Below the pieces are notes generated by a model. It was given only the letters and a program-made list of their open reading frames with translations, searched no databases and was not told the origin of the DNA. DNA of 21,797 nt, taken from Candidatus Micrarchaeota archaeon. GTDB taxonomy: Archaea > Micrarchaeota > Micrarchaeia > Anstonellales > Bilamarchaeaceae. The DNA is taken from positions 1 through 21,797 of the forward strand of contig JBFMCO010000061.1 of the NCBI GenBank assembly GCA_040754495.1, given 5' to 3'. Positions 6,679 through 15,412 of this stretch are shown in pieces. Position numbers and translations under genes: made by a program. Positions within the stretch are counted from its first letter, which is position 1; every line of letters begins with the position of its first letter.

Positions 6679-7043
6679 ATGCGATGGCTTCTCAGGTCTA
6701 AAATCCACAAAGCCACTGTGACGGAGGCCGACATCAGCTATGTCGGAAGCATAACCATCGACGAAGCGCTTATCGAAAAGGCGGGCCTTTCCGGGGGGAG
6801 AAGGTCCTTGTAGTCAGCAACAGCTCAGGCAGGAGGCTCGAAACGTACGTACTCCTGGGCGAGAGGGATTCGGGCAAAATCTGCATGAACGGCGCCGCGG
6901 CCCACCTGATCCGGCCCGGAGAGGAGATAATAATAATGGGTTTTGAGCTAACTGATAAGCCGATAGAGCAGAAACTCATCCTCGTGGATGAGAAAAACAG
7001 GTTCGTTAGGTATCTGGGCGCTGAGCTCAACGGCAGGCTGTAA
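6679..7043 (+). pseudogene. panD: Pyruvoyl-dependent aspartate 1-decarboxylase, split by a 1-nt deletion (real or sequencing artefact)
   Basis: [23 protein letters not shown]|SITIDE continues in the -1 frame after the G6 run (6793-6798) as [48 protein letters not shown] to TAA at 7041-7043. The repaired protein is 121 aa. Confidence 0.9.
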
Positions 7044-7054
7044 ATATCGGGAAG

Positions 7055-8188
7055 ATGGCAATCATGGCAGGACAGAAAGGCGAAAACCTGAAGAAGTGGT
7101 TCATGAAGAACCTCATCCTCCCGAACAACGAGATAATAGACAAGCCCGGTTACATAGCGAACCTGCAACTCGGCCAGAAGAGCGGAAAAATCTATATGAG
7201 GGAGGTCTTCGTCCCAGAAACGTACATGGCTGATGTGGAGGACGCGTTCATCGAGAGATACGGCGTCGAGGGCAAGCGAGCGCTCTATGAGGCGGGCAAG
7301 CGCTGGGGCATCCTTTTCGACGAGGTGGTGAGGGCGCCCACGAAGAAGCAGATGAGCGCCGAGGAATTCCGCGGGTTCGTGGATACCCTCATCAAATACC
7401 TTAAATCGGAGTATGCCTCGGACATGAGCTACAGCCTGGACATGGACAACGATACCCTGGAGCTGATTTCGAAGGACCTCCTGATATGTAGCAAAAACGG
7501 CAAGGGCTATTTCCTGCTCGGGGCGCTGACCGGCGCGTGGAGCTTCATAACATGCAGGGACGACGTGGAGGGGGCGCAAAGGGCATGCCAGGGGCAGGGG
7601 AGCCCGGAATGTGTCATGGTGTGCGCCCCGAAAGGAAGCCTGCGGCCCGGGGAGTATTTCAGGGTAGAGCGCAGCGAGACGATGTCGGTGGAGAGGTATG
7701 CATTCCTGAACAAGCTGAGAAAGCTCGATTACGCGAAGAATTCTCTGCTCGACCTTCTCACTGCTCGAATTGTGACCTACGAGGGCGGTTTCTTCAGGCT
7801 CGGAAACGAGAGGCTCGTCTTCAATGAATGCAGCTTCATCTATGTCCTGGAATCCGTGCTGGCGCGGCTGGAAGGGGGCGAAGAGCTGTTTTTCAAGGTC
7901 ACTTTCGATTATTTCAAGAGATTCGGCCGCAAGATGAAGATAAGCAGGAAGGGCATCACGGACCTTCTGCCCGCGCTCGGGTGGGGGGGAATTCTCGTCG
8001 GCAGCGACAACTCATCCGTTTTGTGCGAAAGCCATCCCTGGGCGGGCGCGGGGGTAAGGAGCAGGTTCGTGATGTTCCGGGGCATGCTCTCGGGCCTGGT
8101 GTCCTCGTATTCGGGGAGGGATGTATTCTACAGGAGGGCCAACACGAGCATCTCGCAGGGCGTGATGGACATGAGGCTGGAGGCGTGA
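7055..8188 (+). CDS. Tandem V4R-domain protein (377 aa)
   Basis: Two V4R-like repeats (LYEAGKRWG...LTGAW...CQGQGSPEC; FFKVTFDYF...LGWG...FRGMLSGLVS). Only the first keeps the CxxxGxxxC motif. Confidence 0.75.
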   Translation: MAIMAGQKGENLKKWFMKNLILPNNEIIDKPGYIANLQLGQKSGKIYMREVFVPETYMADVEDAFIERYGVEGKRALYEAGKRWGILFDEVVRAPTKKQMSAEEFRGFVDTLIKYLKSEYASDMSYSLDMDNDTLELISKDLLICSKNGKGYFLLGALTGAWSFITCRDDVEGAQRACQGQGSPECVMVCAPKGSLRPGEYFRVERSETMSVERYAFLNKLRKLDYAKNSLLDLLTARIVTYEGGFFRLGNERLVFNECSFIYVLESVLARLEGGEELFFKVTFDYFKRFGRKMKISRKGITDLLPALGWGGILVGSDNSSVLCESHPWAGAGVRSRFVMFRGMLSGLVSSYSGRDVFYRRANTSISQGVMDMRLEA

Positions 8189-8189
8189 C

Positions 8190-9095
8190 ATGGGGATTTT
8201 CAGGAAGGCAAGGGACATTTTCGTGCTGTCCGATTTCTACCCGGCCCTCATGGCCGCCCTCATCGCGCCTTTTTTCTACCTTTCATTCGCACTTCCATTC
8301 GACTGGCTGGTCTTCACGGCCATCCTGTTCGAATGCTACCTAATTTTCGCACTGAACAGGCTGATAGACCGGGAGATAGACGCGGTGAACGCGCCCGAGA
8401 GAACGAGGTTCCTCAACGCTCACGGGACGTTCATCCCGGTCATAGCCGCGGCCGGGTTCTCTTCGACCATGACGCTGCTGTATTCCAGCAATGTCACGGT
8501 TTTCGCCATCCTACTCGTCAATTTCCTCATGAGCTTGTTCTACAGCTTCCCGCTGATACCGCGGCCGCTTGGCGAGATGCTGGGTTTCAGGAGGTTCAAG
8601 GAAGCCCTCTTTCTCAAGACTTTTTCAGTGGCACTAATGCACGCAATATTCGTACTGGCGCTTGCAGCCGATTCCGGTTTCACCGCGCCGGCCGCGGTGG
8701 GCGTGACCTTCATCTACGTACTGATGAGGTTCTTCATCAACAGCACGTTCTTCGACATCCGCGACATCGAAGGCGACGCGAAACTCGGGATAACGACCAT
8801 CCCGATATATCTCGGAAAGGAGAGGGCCCTCATTTACATGCATTACTTGAATTTGGCCACGATGCTGCTGCCGCTCATCGCGTATTCTGTTTCCGCCGTG
8901 CCGCTCGCGTTCGTCATCTTCTCGATTGCGGCTTACGCCTACGGCCTCTACTACATCACCGAGGCGCAGAAAAGCAAGGCAGACCTGAAGAGCCTCGTCG
9001 GGTATTACGTCGAGGGGGACCTCCTTCCCGCCCTCGCCTTCACCGCCCTCGTGGTGTTTTTGAGCCCATATATCCCTGCGCCCGGACTGGGCTAG
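8190..9095 (+). CDS. UbiA-family prenyltransferase (301 aa)
   Basis: Multi-TM protein with Asp-rich motifs NRLIDREID and FDIRDIEGD, plus GITTIP. The substrate cannot be assigned. Confidence 0.85.
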   Translation: MGIFRKARDIFVLSDFYPALMAALIAPFFYLSFALPFDWLVFTAILFECYLIFALNRLIDREIDAVNAPERTRFLNAHGTFIPVIAAAGFSSTMTLLYSSNVTVFAILLVNFLMSLFYSFPLIPRPLGEMLGFRRFKEALFLKTFSVALMHAIFVLALAADSGFTAPAAVGVTFIYVLMRFFINSTFFDIRDIEGDAKLGITTIPIYLGKERALIYMHYLNLATMLLPLIAYSVSAVPLAFVIFSIAAYAYGLYYITEAQKSKADLKSLVGYYVEGDLLPALAFTALVVFLSPYIPAPGLG

Positions 9096-9853
9096 GGGTT
9101 TGAGATGGATATGCCATCCTCTCCAAAATCGAAGCCGTAGATGCCCCCCTTAATCCGGCTGTTCCTCATCTTCACCACTTCGAGAGTGCGCTGGGTGTCC
9201 TCGCCTATCGAGGTCGCCTTCATCAGCACAATCCCGTCGCACGCGAATTCGCTCAGGGTGTCCCTGCTGTACCACTCGCTGCTGCGGGACACCTCAGACA
9301 CGAGAAGGGTGCAGATGCCTTTCTGCCCCAGCAGCTTCACCAGGTCCACCATTATCTTGCGCACCACTATGCCGTCCCACTCCGGGGGCGTGGTTATCGG
9401 CGCGTTGCCGGAGCCGTAAATCAGCTCGTCCACGGGCGTCTTCTCCAAATCCACTACGCGCGAGCGCATCCGCGCGGAGAGGACCATGTACGTTATGGAA
9501 TCCACGACGAGGCGGTTCGGCTTGAATGTCTCGAGCACCTTCTGCATCTCGTCGAAAATCTGGCCGAGGCTCAGGCGCGATATGGAAAGTATCCTGAGCA
9601 TGCCGTCCTTCTCAAGTCCCTCAAGGTCCCAGCCGAACTGCGACGCCTGCTCCCTTATCTTCTCCTCACGCTCCTCGAAGGAGATATAGAGGCCCCTCTC
9701 CTTGTGCTTCCTGCAGCCTTCGGCAAGGAACTGCAGGGCGAGAATAGTCTTCCCGGTCCCCGCAGCGCCGGAAACCAGCACTACCGAGTCCATAGGAATG
9801 CCGCCGCCTACCAGGGGATCGAGCCCGGGGATACCCGTCTTGACTTTGCGCAT
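9092..9853 (-). CDS. Single-domain KaiC/RAD55-like ATPase (253 aa)
   Basis: TGIPGLD..GGGIP, Walker A GAAGTGKT, SFEE, Walker B VVDS, EFACDGIV, KMR arginine finger. The true start is the ATG at 9853. Confidence 0.92.
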   Translation of the reverse strand: MRKVKTGIPGLDPLVGGGIPMDSVVLVSGAAGTGKTILALQFLAEGCRKHKERGLYISFEEREEKIREQASQFGWDLEGLEKDGMLRILSISRLSLGQIFDEMQKVLETFKPNRLVVDSITYMVLSARMRSRVVDLEKTPVDELIYGSGNAPITTPPEWDGIVVRKIMVDLVKLLGQKGICTLLVSEVSRSSEWYSRDTLSEFACDGIVLMKATSIGEDTQRTLEVVKMRNSRIKGGIYGFDFGEDGISISNP

Positions 9854-9875
9854 AGCACGGACTTCTTTAGGAAAA

Positions 9876-9881
9876 TTTAAA
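9876..9881. promoter_or_regulatory. Palindromic TTTAAA box centred between divergent KaiC genes
   Basis: Centre is about 25 nt from the minus ATG (9853) and about 27 nt from the plus ATG (9906). Confidence 0.55.
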
Positions 9882-9905
9882 AGGCACACCTTGGAGATTG
9901 GACGC

Positions 9906-11630
9906 ATGGCCAGGAAGAAAGCGCCGGCGGAGACGCAGCCCAGCGAAAGCTCGGAAACAGGGATAGCCGAGCTCGATGAGGCGCTGGGCGGGGGCATCCC
10001 GAAGGGAAGCGTGGTCCTGCTGGCAGGGCCGTCCGGAAGCGGAAAGACGATTCTTGCGTTCCAGTGGCTTTTCAACGGCGTGCGCAAAGGCGAGAACTGC
10101 CTCTACCTTTCCCTCACCGAGCCTCTTTATAAGAGCGTGAAGAACCTGGAGACGATGGAGTTCTACGACAGGGAGGCGCTCGAGGACGAGCGGCTGAAGA
10201 TAATAGACCTGAGAAACGTCATCGGCGACAAGGGGCTTGACGCGGACAGGGTCCTCGAATTCATAGAGAGCGAGGTCGAGAAGAACGACGTGCGTAGGCT
10301 GTGCATAGACTCGGTGACGGGCATAGCCTACCACCTTGACGACAAAGGGAAGATACGGAGGTTCATTTTCGAGCTGGGAAAGCTGCTCGGGACGCTCGGC
10401 TGCACCAGCATCCTCACAAGCGAGGTCACGGACTCCGGGCACTACTCCGTCTACGGGGTGGAGGAGTTCATATCGGACGGGATATTGAGGCTCGACCATG
10501 CGCCGAACGGCAGTCTCAGGCAGAGGAGGCTCCAGATAGTGAAGATACGCGGCCGGGGATACAGCACCGATGAGCTGCGCTTCAGGATAAAGAAGGAGGG
10601 CATAGCAGTATTGCCGAGGTTCACGGCCCCGCAGGGCGCGCAGGCGAGCGCCAGGAGGCTCTCCACCGGCAATGCCATCCTGGACGACATGCTCTCGGGT
10701 GGCGTCCTGGCAGGCTCCACAACCCTCTTGACGGGCACGACGGGCACGGGCAAGAGCATTTTCTGCATGCAGTTCGTAATGGAGGGGCTGAAGAGGGGGG
10801 AGAAGTGCCTTTATGTCGGCTTTGACGAGCCCATGGCGGAGATGATGAGGAACGCCCGGAGCGTAGGCTGGGATTTCGAGCAGTACAGAAAGAGCGGGAA
10901 GCTGCTCTGTATGTGCACGCATCCGGCCGACAGGTTCCTTGAGGAGCACCTTGGCGGGATAAAAAGCATCGTCGAAAAGGATGGTGTCGGGAGGTGCGTC
11001 GTGGATTCCCTGTCCTCGCTCTCATACAGCTTTAGCGAGGAGAAGTATTTCGCTTTCGTCAAGTCGCTGAACGACTACCTCAAAAGCCAGGGCGTCACGG
11101 CCTTCTTCACAATTGCCTCGGCTTCCGGGGCAAAGCAGCTGAGGGAGGACCAGGTGACCGTCACCATGGACAATCTCCTCATGCTGAGGCAGGTGGAGAT
11201 GGAAGGCAGGCTCACGTTCGTGCTGAACGTCATGAAGACCAAGGGCAGCACGCACAGCAAGGAGATGCGCCGATACAGTATTACGAAAGGCGGGATAAAC
11301 ATAGGGCAGACGCTGGCCGGCTACGAAGGCATCATGACCGGCGTGACGAGGAAGGTGTCGGCCAGCACCGAGGACCGGATAGCCGACGAGTTCATGCGTT
11401 TCATAGGCCCCATGGGCCAGAAGGCGTTCGACGAGCTTTCCGGGAGAGGCCTTTCCGAGCAGAGCGTTTCCGAATACATAGACTCGCTGGTCTCGGACGG
11501 CATCATGAGGCAGACCGAGGCGGAGGACTTCAGGGCCAGCGTGATGAGGCATTTCGGAAAGGAGAAGCCCCGGAAGGAGGAGCCGGGAGAAGAGAAAAAA
11601 GGCTTCTTCGAGAAGCTGTTCGGAGGATAG
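9906..11630 (+). CDS. kaiC: Double-domain KaiC-like ATPase with C-terminal extension (574 aa)
   Basis: CI: GPSGSGKT, CIDS, GVEEFISDGI, KIRG. CII: GTTGTGKS, VVDS, and VLNVMKTKGSTHSKEMRRYSI, which resembles KaiC AINVFKMRGSWHDKAIREFMI. Ends with an extra helical domain and KKGFFEKLFGG. The symbol denotes the family, not a clock function. Confidence 0.88.
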   Translation: MARKKAPAETQPSESSETGIAELDEALGGGIPKGSVVLLAGPSGSGKTILAFQWLFNGVRKGENCLYLSLTEPLYKSVKNLETMEFYDREALEDERLKIIDLRNVIGDKGLDADRVLEFIESEVEKNDVRRLCIDSVTGIAYHLDDKGKIRRFIFELGKLLGTLGCTSILTSEVTDSGHYSVYGVEEFISDGILRLDHAPNGSLRQRRLQIVKIRGRGYSTDELRFRIKKEGIAVLPRFTAPQGAQASARRLSTGNAILDDMLSGGVLAGSTTLLTGTTGTGKSIFCMQFVMEGLKRGEKCLYVGFDEPMAEMMRNARSVGWDFEQYRKSGKLLCMCTHPADRFLEEHLGGIKSIVEKDGVGRCVVDSLSSLSYSFSEEKYFAFVKSLNDYLKSQGVTAFFTIASASGAKQLREDQVTVTMDNLLMLRQVEMEGRLTFVLNVMKTKGSTHSKEMRRYSITKGGINIGQTLAGYEGIMTGVTRKVSASTEDRIADEFMRFIGPMGQKAFDELSGRGLSEQSVSEYIDSLVSDGIMRQTEAEDFRASVMRHFGKEKPRKEEPGEEKKGFFEKLFGG

Positions 11631-11631
11631 G

Positions 11632-13245
11632 ATGGGGTGGAGCATAACGAAGAAGCTCGTACTCGCCTTCCTCGCAGTCGGACTCATCCCCCTCATAAGC
11701 GCCGAGCTCCTTAGCATCGGAATACTTAAGGAAGAGCTTGAATCGGCGATAGAAAAAACGATGGGATACGTCGTGGAAAGCGCAGAAGCCGAGACCTTCT
11801 CGTATTTTGATTCCGTCGCGAGCAGGACGGTCGGTTTCACTTCGGACGGCCTGATAAGGGACGAACTGGCGGCGATTGAGGGAGGCAACAACTATTCTGC
11901 CGCCGCGCTCAACAATCATCTTTCGAGGAACAAGCTGCCCCTCGTGCCGTCCCTTGCCGGTATAATGCTGATAGGCAGGGACGGCACGGTCGTTTCCGCC
12001 TCGGACCCGAAAGAGATAGGCAAGAACGCCTCGGCCGCCGCCTTCTTCAGGAACGGCAGCCAGGGCGCATTCATGAGCGGCATCGGGAACACGGGATTCT
12101 TCGGCGTGAGCAACGGCTTCGTGGTCTCCGCGCCCGTGACCGACAGGCTCAGCAACGAACCCCTCGGCGTGCTTGCGAATTTCTTCGACACGCGGGAGCT
12201 GGAAAGACGCCTATCAAGCGTCCATACGGAAGACTACGAGGAGATAGTGTCCGTGAGGGACGTGGAGGGCCAGAAGGTATATCTCGTGGATTCGGGCGGC
12301 ACCGTGGTAATCCCGGCCGGCGGCGGCACGGCATACAGCGAGCCCGTCCGGGCATGCCTGGAGGAGAAGGAGGACTTCGTAGGCGAATACACGAACCACC
12401 TGGGGCAGGGAGTCATAGGGGCAGGCGGATGCTTCCCCTCGAGGGGCCTGGTGGTCGTAGCGGAGATAGATGCTGCCGGGGCAAGCCGTCCCATAGAGCG
12501 CTCCTACGTCCTCCTCGGGTATGTCACGCTCTTCTTCGCGACATTCGTCATACTGGTGGGGCTGATACTCTCGAGCAGCATCTCCAGGCCCGTCAAGGAG
12601 CTCACCGCCGCCATCGAGCGGATAAGCAGGGGGGGCATGGATGCCGAGGTCCCTGTATGGCTCAAGCAGAGCGGGGACGAGCTCGGCAGCCTCGCGCAGG
12701 CTTTCGACAGGACGATTGTGAGCCTGAAGATGGCCATACGGCAGTCCGCGCCCGAGCTCGTGAAGGACAAGGAGAGGCTGAGAAGCACGCTTGAGGAGAC
12801 CGAAGCTGCCACGGAAACGCTGTCGGCGATATTCGACAATGCCCGGGACGGCCTCGTGCTCATAGACGACAAGGGAATGATCGTCCGCGCCAACAAGGCA
12901 GTCGAGATGCTGTGGGGGTTCTCCCCGCGCGAGATTGAGGGCAAGATGCTGGACGAGCTGGACATGCTGGGCCAAGAGACCCGGAAACGCCTGCTCGACG
13001 CGTTCTCGCGGAGGATGAAAGGCGAGAACGTCCCGCCGTATGAAGTCGAGGTAATCAGGAAAGACGGCGTGGTAGCCTACGCGGAGGTGCGCGCTTCGGC
13101 AATTATCAAGGACGGCACCCTGAAGGGCGAGGTCGTCCTGCTCAGAGACCTGACTGATGCCCCGACTATGCGCAAGGCCGGGAGCGTGGCTGCAAGCCCG
13201 GACTCAAAGAAGGGCCATAAGGGCGGCGGAAGGAGGAAGCGCTAG
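11632..13245 (+). CDS. Membrane sensor: TM-Cache-like-TM-HAMP-PAS, no output domain (537 aa)
   Basis: Two TMs flank a Cache-like region (GIMLIGRDGTVV; VVSAPV; VYLVDSGG). HAMP (RPVKEL...DELGSLAQAF), one PAS ending RDLT, and a basic tail follow. Confidence 0.85.
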   Translation: MGWSITKKLVLAFLAVGLIPLISAELLSIGILKEELESAIEKTMGYVVESAEAETFSYFDSVASRTVGFTSDGLIRDELAAIEGGNNYSAAALNNHLSRNKLPLVPSLAGIMLIGRDGTVVSASDPKEIGKNASAAAFFRNGSQGAFMSGIGNTGFFGVSNGFVVSAPVTDRLSNEPLGVLANFFDTRELERRLSSVHTEDYEEIVSVRDVEGQKVYLVDSGGTVVIPAGGGTAYSEPVRACLEEKEDFVGEYTNHLGQGVIGAGGCFPSRGLVVVAEIDAAGASRPIERSYVLLGYVTLFFATFVILVGLILSSSISRPVKELTAAIERISRGGMDAEVPVWLKQSGDELGSLAQAFDRTIVSLKMAIRQSAPELVKDKERLRSTLEETEAATETLSAIFDNARDGLVLIDDKGMIVRANKAVEMLWGFSPREIEGKMLDELDMLGQETRKRLLDAFSRRMKGENVPPYEVEVIRKDGVVAYAEVRASAIIKDGTLKGEVVLLRDLTDAPTMRKAGSVAASPDSKKGHKGGGRRKR

Positions 13246-13256
13246 GGTGGGGTGCG

Positions 13257-15372
13257 ATGGAGCTAAGGCTGAAGATTGTCCTCGGATTCTTGTTCGTGAT
13301 TTTTCTCACCGGGCTCGTGTGGTACTCGACGATTTCCGCCCTCGTCCTCTCTTCGGAGCAGCTCGGCGAGGAGGCGAGGCAATGCCTGGCCGCCGGAAAC
13401 ATGGAGGAGCGGCTTGGCAGGGTGGAGGGGATGGTAGCGGAAGCTGAAGGGCGGGGGCAGTACGCCCTTTTTGCTGCCCTGATTGCGCTGGCACTCGGCG
13501 GCGTGCTCGGGCTCATCCTTGCCAGCTCGATTCTCGGGCCAATACGGCAGCTAACCGAGGTAATAGAGAGGATAAGCCGGGGCGAGAGGGGCGTGGAGAT
13601 ACCGGCGCGGCTCAAGGAATCCCCGGACGAGATAGGGGCTCTCGCGATGGCGTTCGACAGAACGATGGTGAGCCTCAAGATGGCGATGGGCCAGACGGCT
13701 CCCGAGCTCAAGAGGCTCCTTGAGGAGAAGGCGGCGACTGAAGCGAAGCTCCTGCGCCTGAACGGCCTGCTTGCCGCGATGAACGAAATCAGCGCCGAGG
13801 GCCTCCGAACAAGGGAGCCCCGGCGGCTCTATGAGCTTGCGTGCAGCGCAGCGGTCCAGACCGGGCCTTACGTATTCGCATGGGTCGGACTTGTTGGGGA
13901 AGACGGGCATGGTCGAGCCTGCCGCCTGCGCAGGGAAAGAGGAGGGATATCTTTCCGGGATAAGAATCTCCATAGACAAAAAGAAGCCCGAGGGCAGGGG
14001 CCCGACCGGAACCGCCATACGGGAAATGCGGCCTTTCATATGCAACGACATCCGCAGCGATGAGCGGATGCTTCCGTGGAGAGATGGGGCGCTCAGGAGG
14101 GGGTTCCAGTCGTCGGCTGCGTTCCCGCTCGTAGCCGGGGGGAAGTGCCTTGGGACGATTAACTTATATTCCGGCGAGGCCGGGGCTTTCCGTGATGACG
14201 AAGTACGCGTCCTGGCCTCACTGGCATCCAACCTGACGCTTGCGGTGGAGAGGGCCAGGGAAGCGAGCCGGGTGGAGGAGAGCGAAAAGCGCTACCGGGA
14301 CATGCTTGATGGCATGCTTGAGGGCTGCCAGCTCATCGGAAGGGACTGGCGCTACGTTTATGTGAACGATGCCGCCGCCCGGCACGGCCGCGCGGCAAAA
14401 GAGGAACTGCTGGGCAGGAAGATGTGGGAGGCGTATCCGGGCATCGAAAAAACCGGCATGTTCCGATTCCTGAAGCGCTGCATGGAAAAACGCAGTCCCC
14501 ATGTCATGGAGAACGAATTCGCCTTCCCGGACGGGACGAAAGGCTGGTTCCAGCTCAGCATACAGCCGACGCCGGGGGGCATTTTCATTCTTTCCCAGGA
14601 CATAACGGAAAGGAAAATGGCCGAGAACGCGCTGAGGGAGAGCGAAGAGAGGTATAGGACGCTCGCCGAGGCGGCGCACGACGTGATTTTCACGGTGGGC
14701 GAGGATTACCGCGTTACTTATATCAACGAGACAGGCGCTAATATGCGGGGCCTGCCGAGGGAAAAGATAGTCGGGCAGACGCTGGACGAGCTGTTCGGCC
14801 CTGATGCGGTCGCAGGGCAGAAGGAGAATATATTGGAGGTATTCCGCAGCGGGAAGCCGCTGTACAACGAGCGCATCATGCATTTCCCGGACGGCGACAA
14901 GTGGCTTGCCACCTGGCTCACCCCCCTTAAGAGCAAGGCGGGCGGGGTTTCCCTGGTAATGGGGTTGTCCAGGGACGTAAGCGAACGCAAGGTGGCGCAG
15001 TACGCCCTCATGGCCGAGAAGGAGCTCGTTGAAAGGTTCCTGAACATGGCGGGGTTCATGGTCGTCGTATTGGACAAGGACGGAAAGGTAGCGAGGATAA
15101 ACGGGAAGGGGTGCAAGGTCCTTGGCCGTTCCGAAAAGGATATCCTAGGGAAGAACTGGTTCGACAATTTCATCCCAGCGCCCATGAGGGCGAAGATGCG
15201 CGCGATCTTCAGGAAAATCATGAAGGAGAGGGGCAGGGGCGGCTTCGAGTTCTACCAGAACCCCATCCTCACCAAGGACGGCCGCGAGGTGCAGGTGAGA
15301 TGGCACAACGCAGTTGTCAGGGACCGCAGGGGAAGGCCCCTCTGGAGCATCAGCGCCGGGGAAGAACCTTGA
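13257..15372 (+). pseudogene. Membrane sensor: TM-TM-HAMP-GAF-PAS-PAS-PAS, split by a +1 frameshift at about 13896-13907 (real or artefact)
   Basis: ORF 13257-14063 matches a GAF start up to AWVGLVGEDG. ORF 13831-15372 continues the same GAF from MVEPAACAG (GRGPTGTAIRE, SSAAFPL). Removing one G joins them into about 704 aa. Confidence 0.85.
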
Positions 15373-15412
15373 ACGGCGATTCGTTCAAGTACTTTCCCGA
15401 GCTTCTGTGCGG

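Noticed and set aside
6811-6813. Stop-codon readthrough (pyrrolysine or alternative code) rescuing panD
   Set aside because: The PanD homology continues in a different frame, so readthrough of this TAG would not restore it. Other genes end normally at TAG, TGA and TAA.
9702-10087. Extended, mutually overlapping N-termini of the two KaiC ORFs (also extensions at 1875, 2523, 4888, 15518 and 16222)
   Set aside because: Homology begins at downstream ATGs (9853 and 9906), which leaves a clean intergenic gap with a TATA-like box.
9906-11630. Circadian clock (kaiABC) call
   Set aside because: No kaiA or kaiB in the window, the T432 equivalent is Val and the CII arginine finger is Lys.
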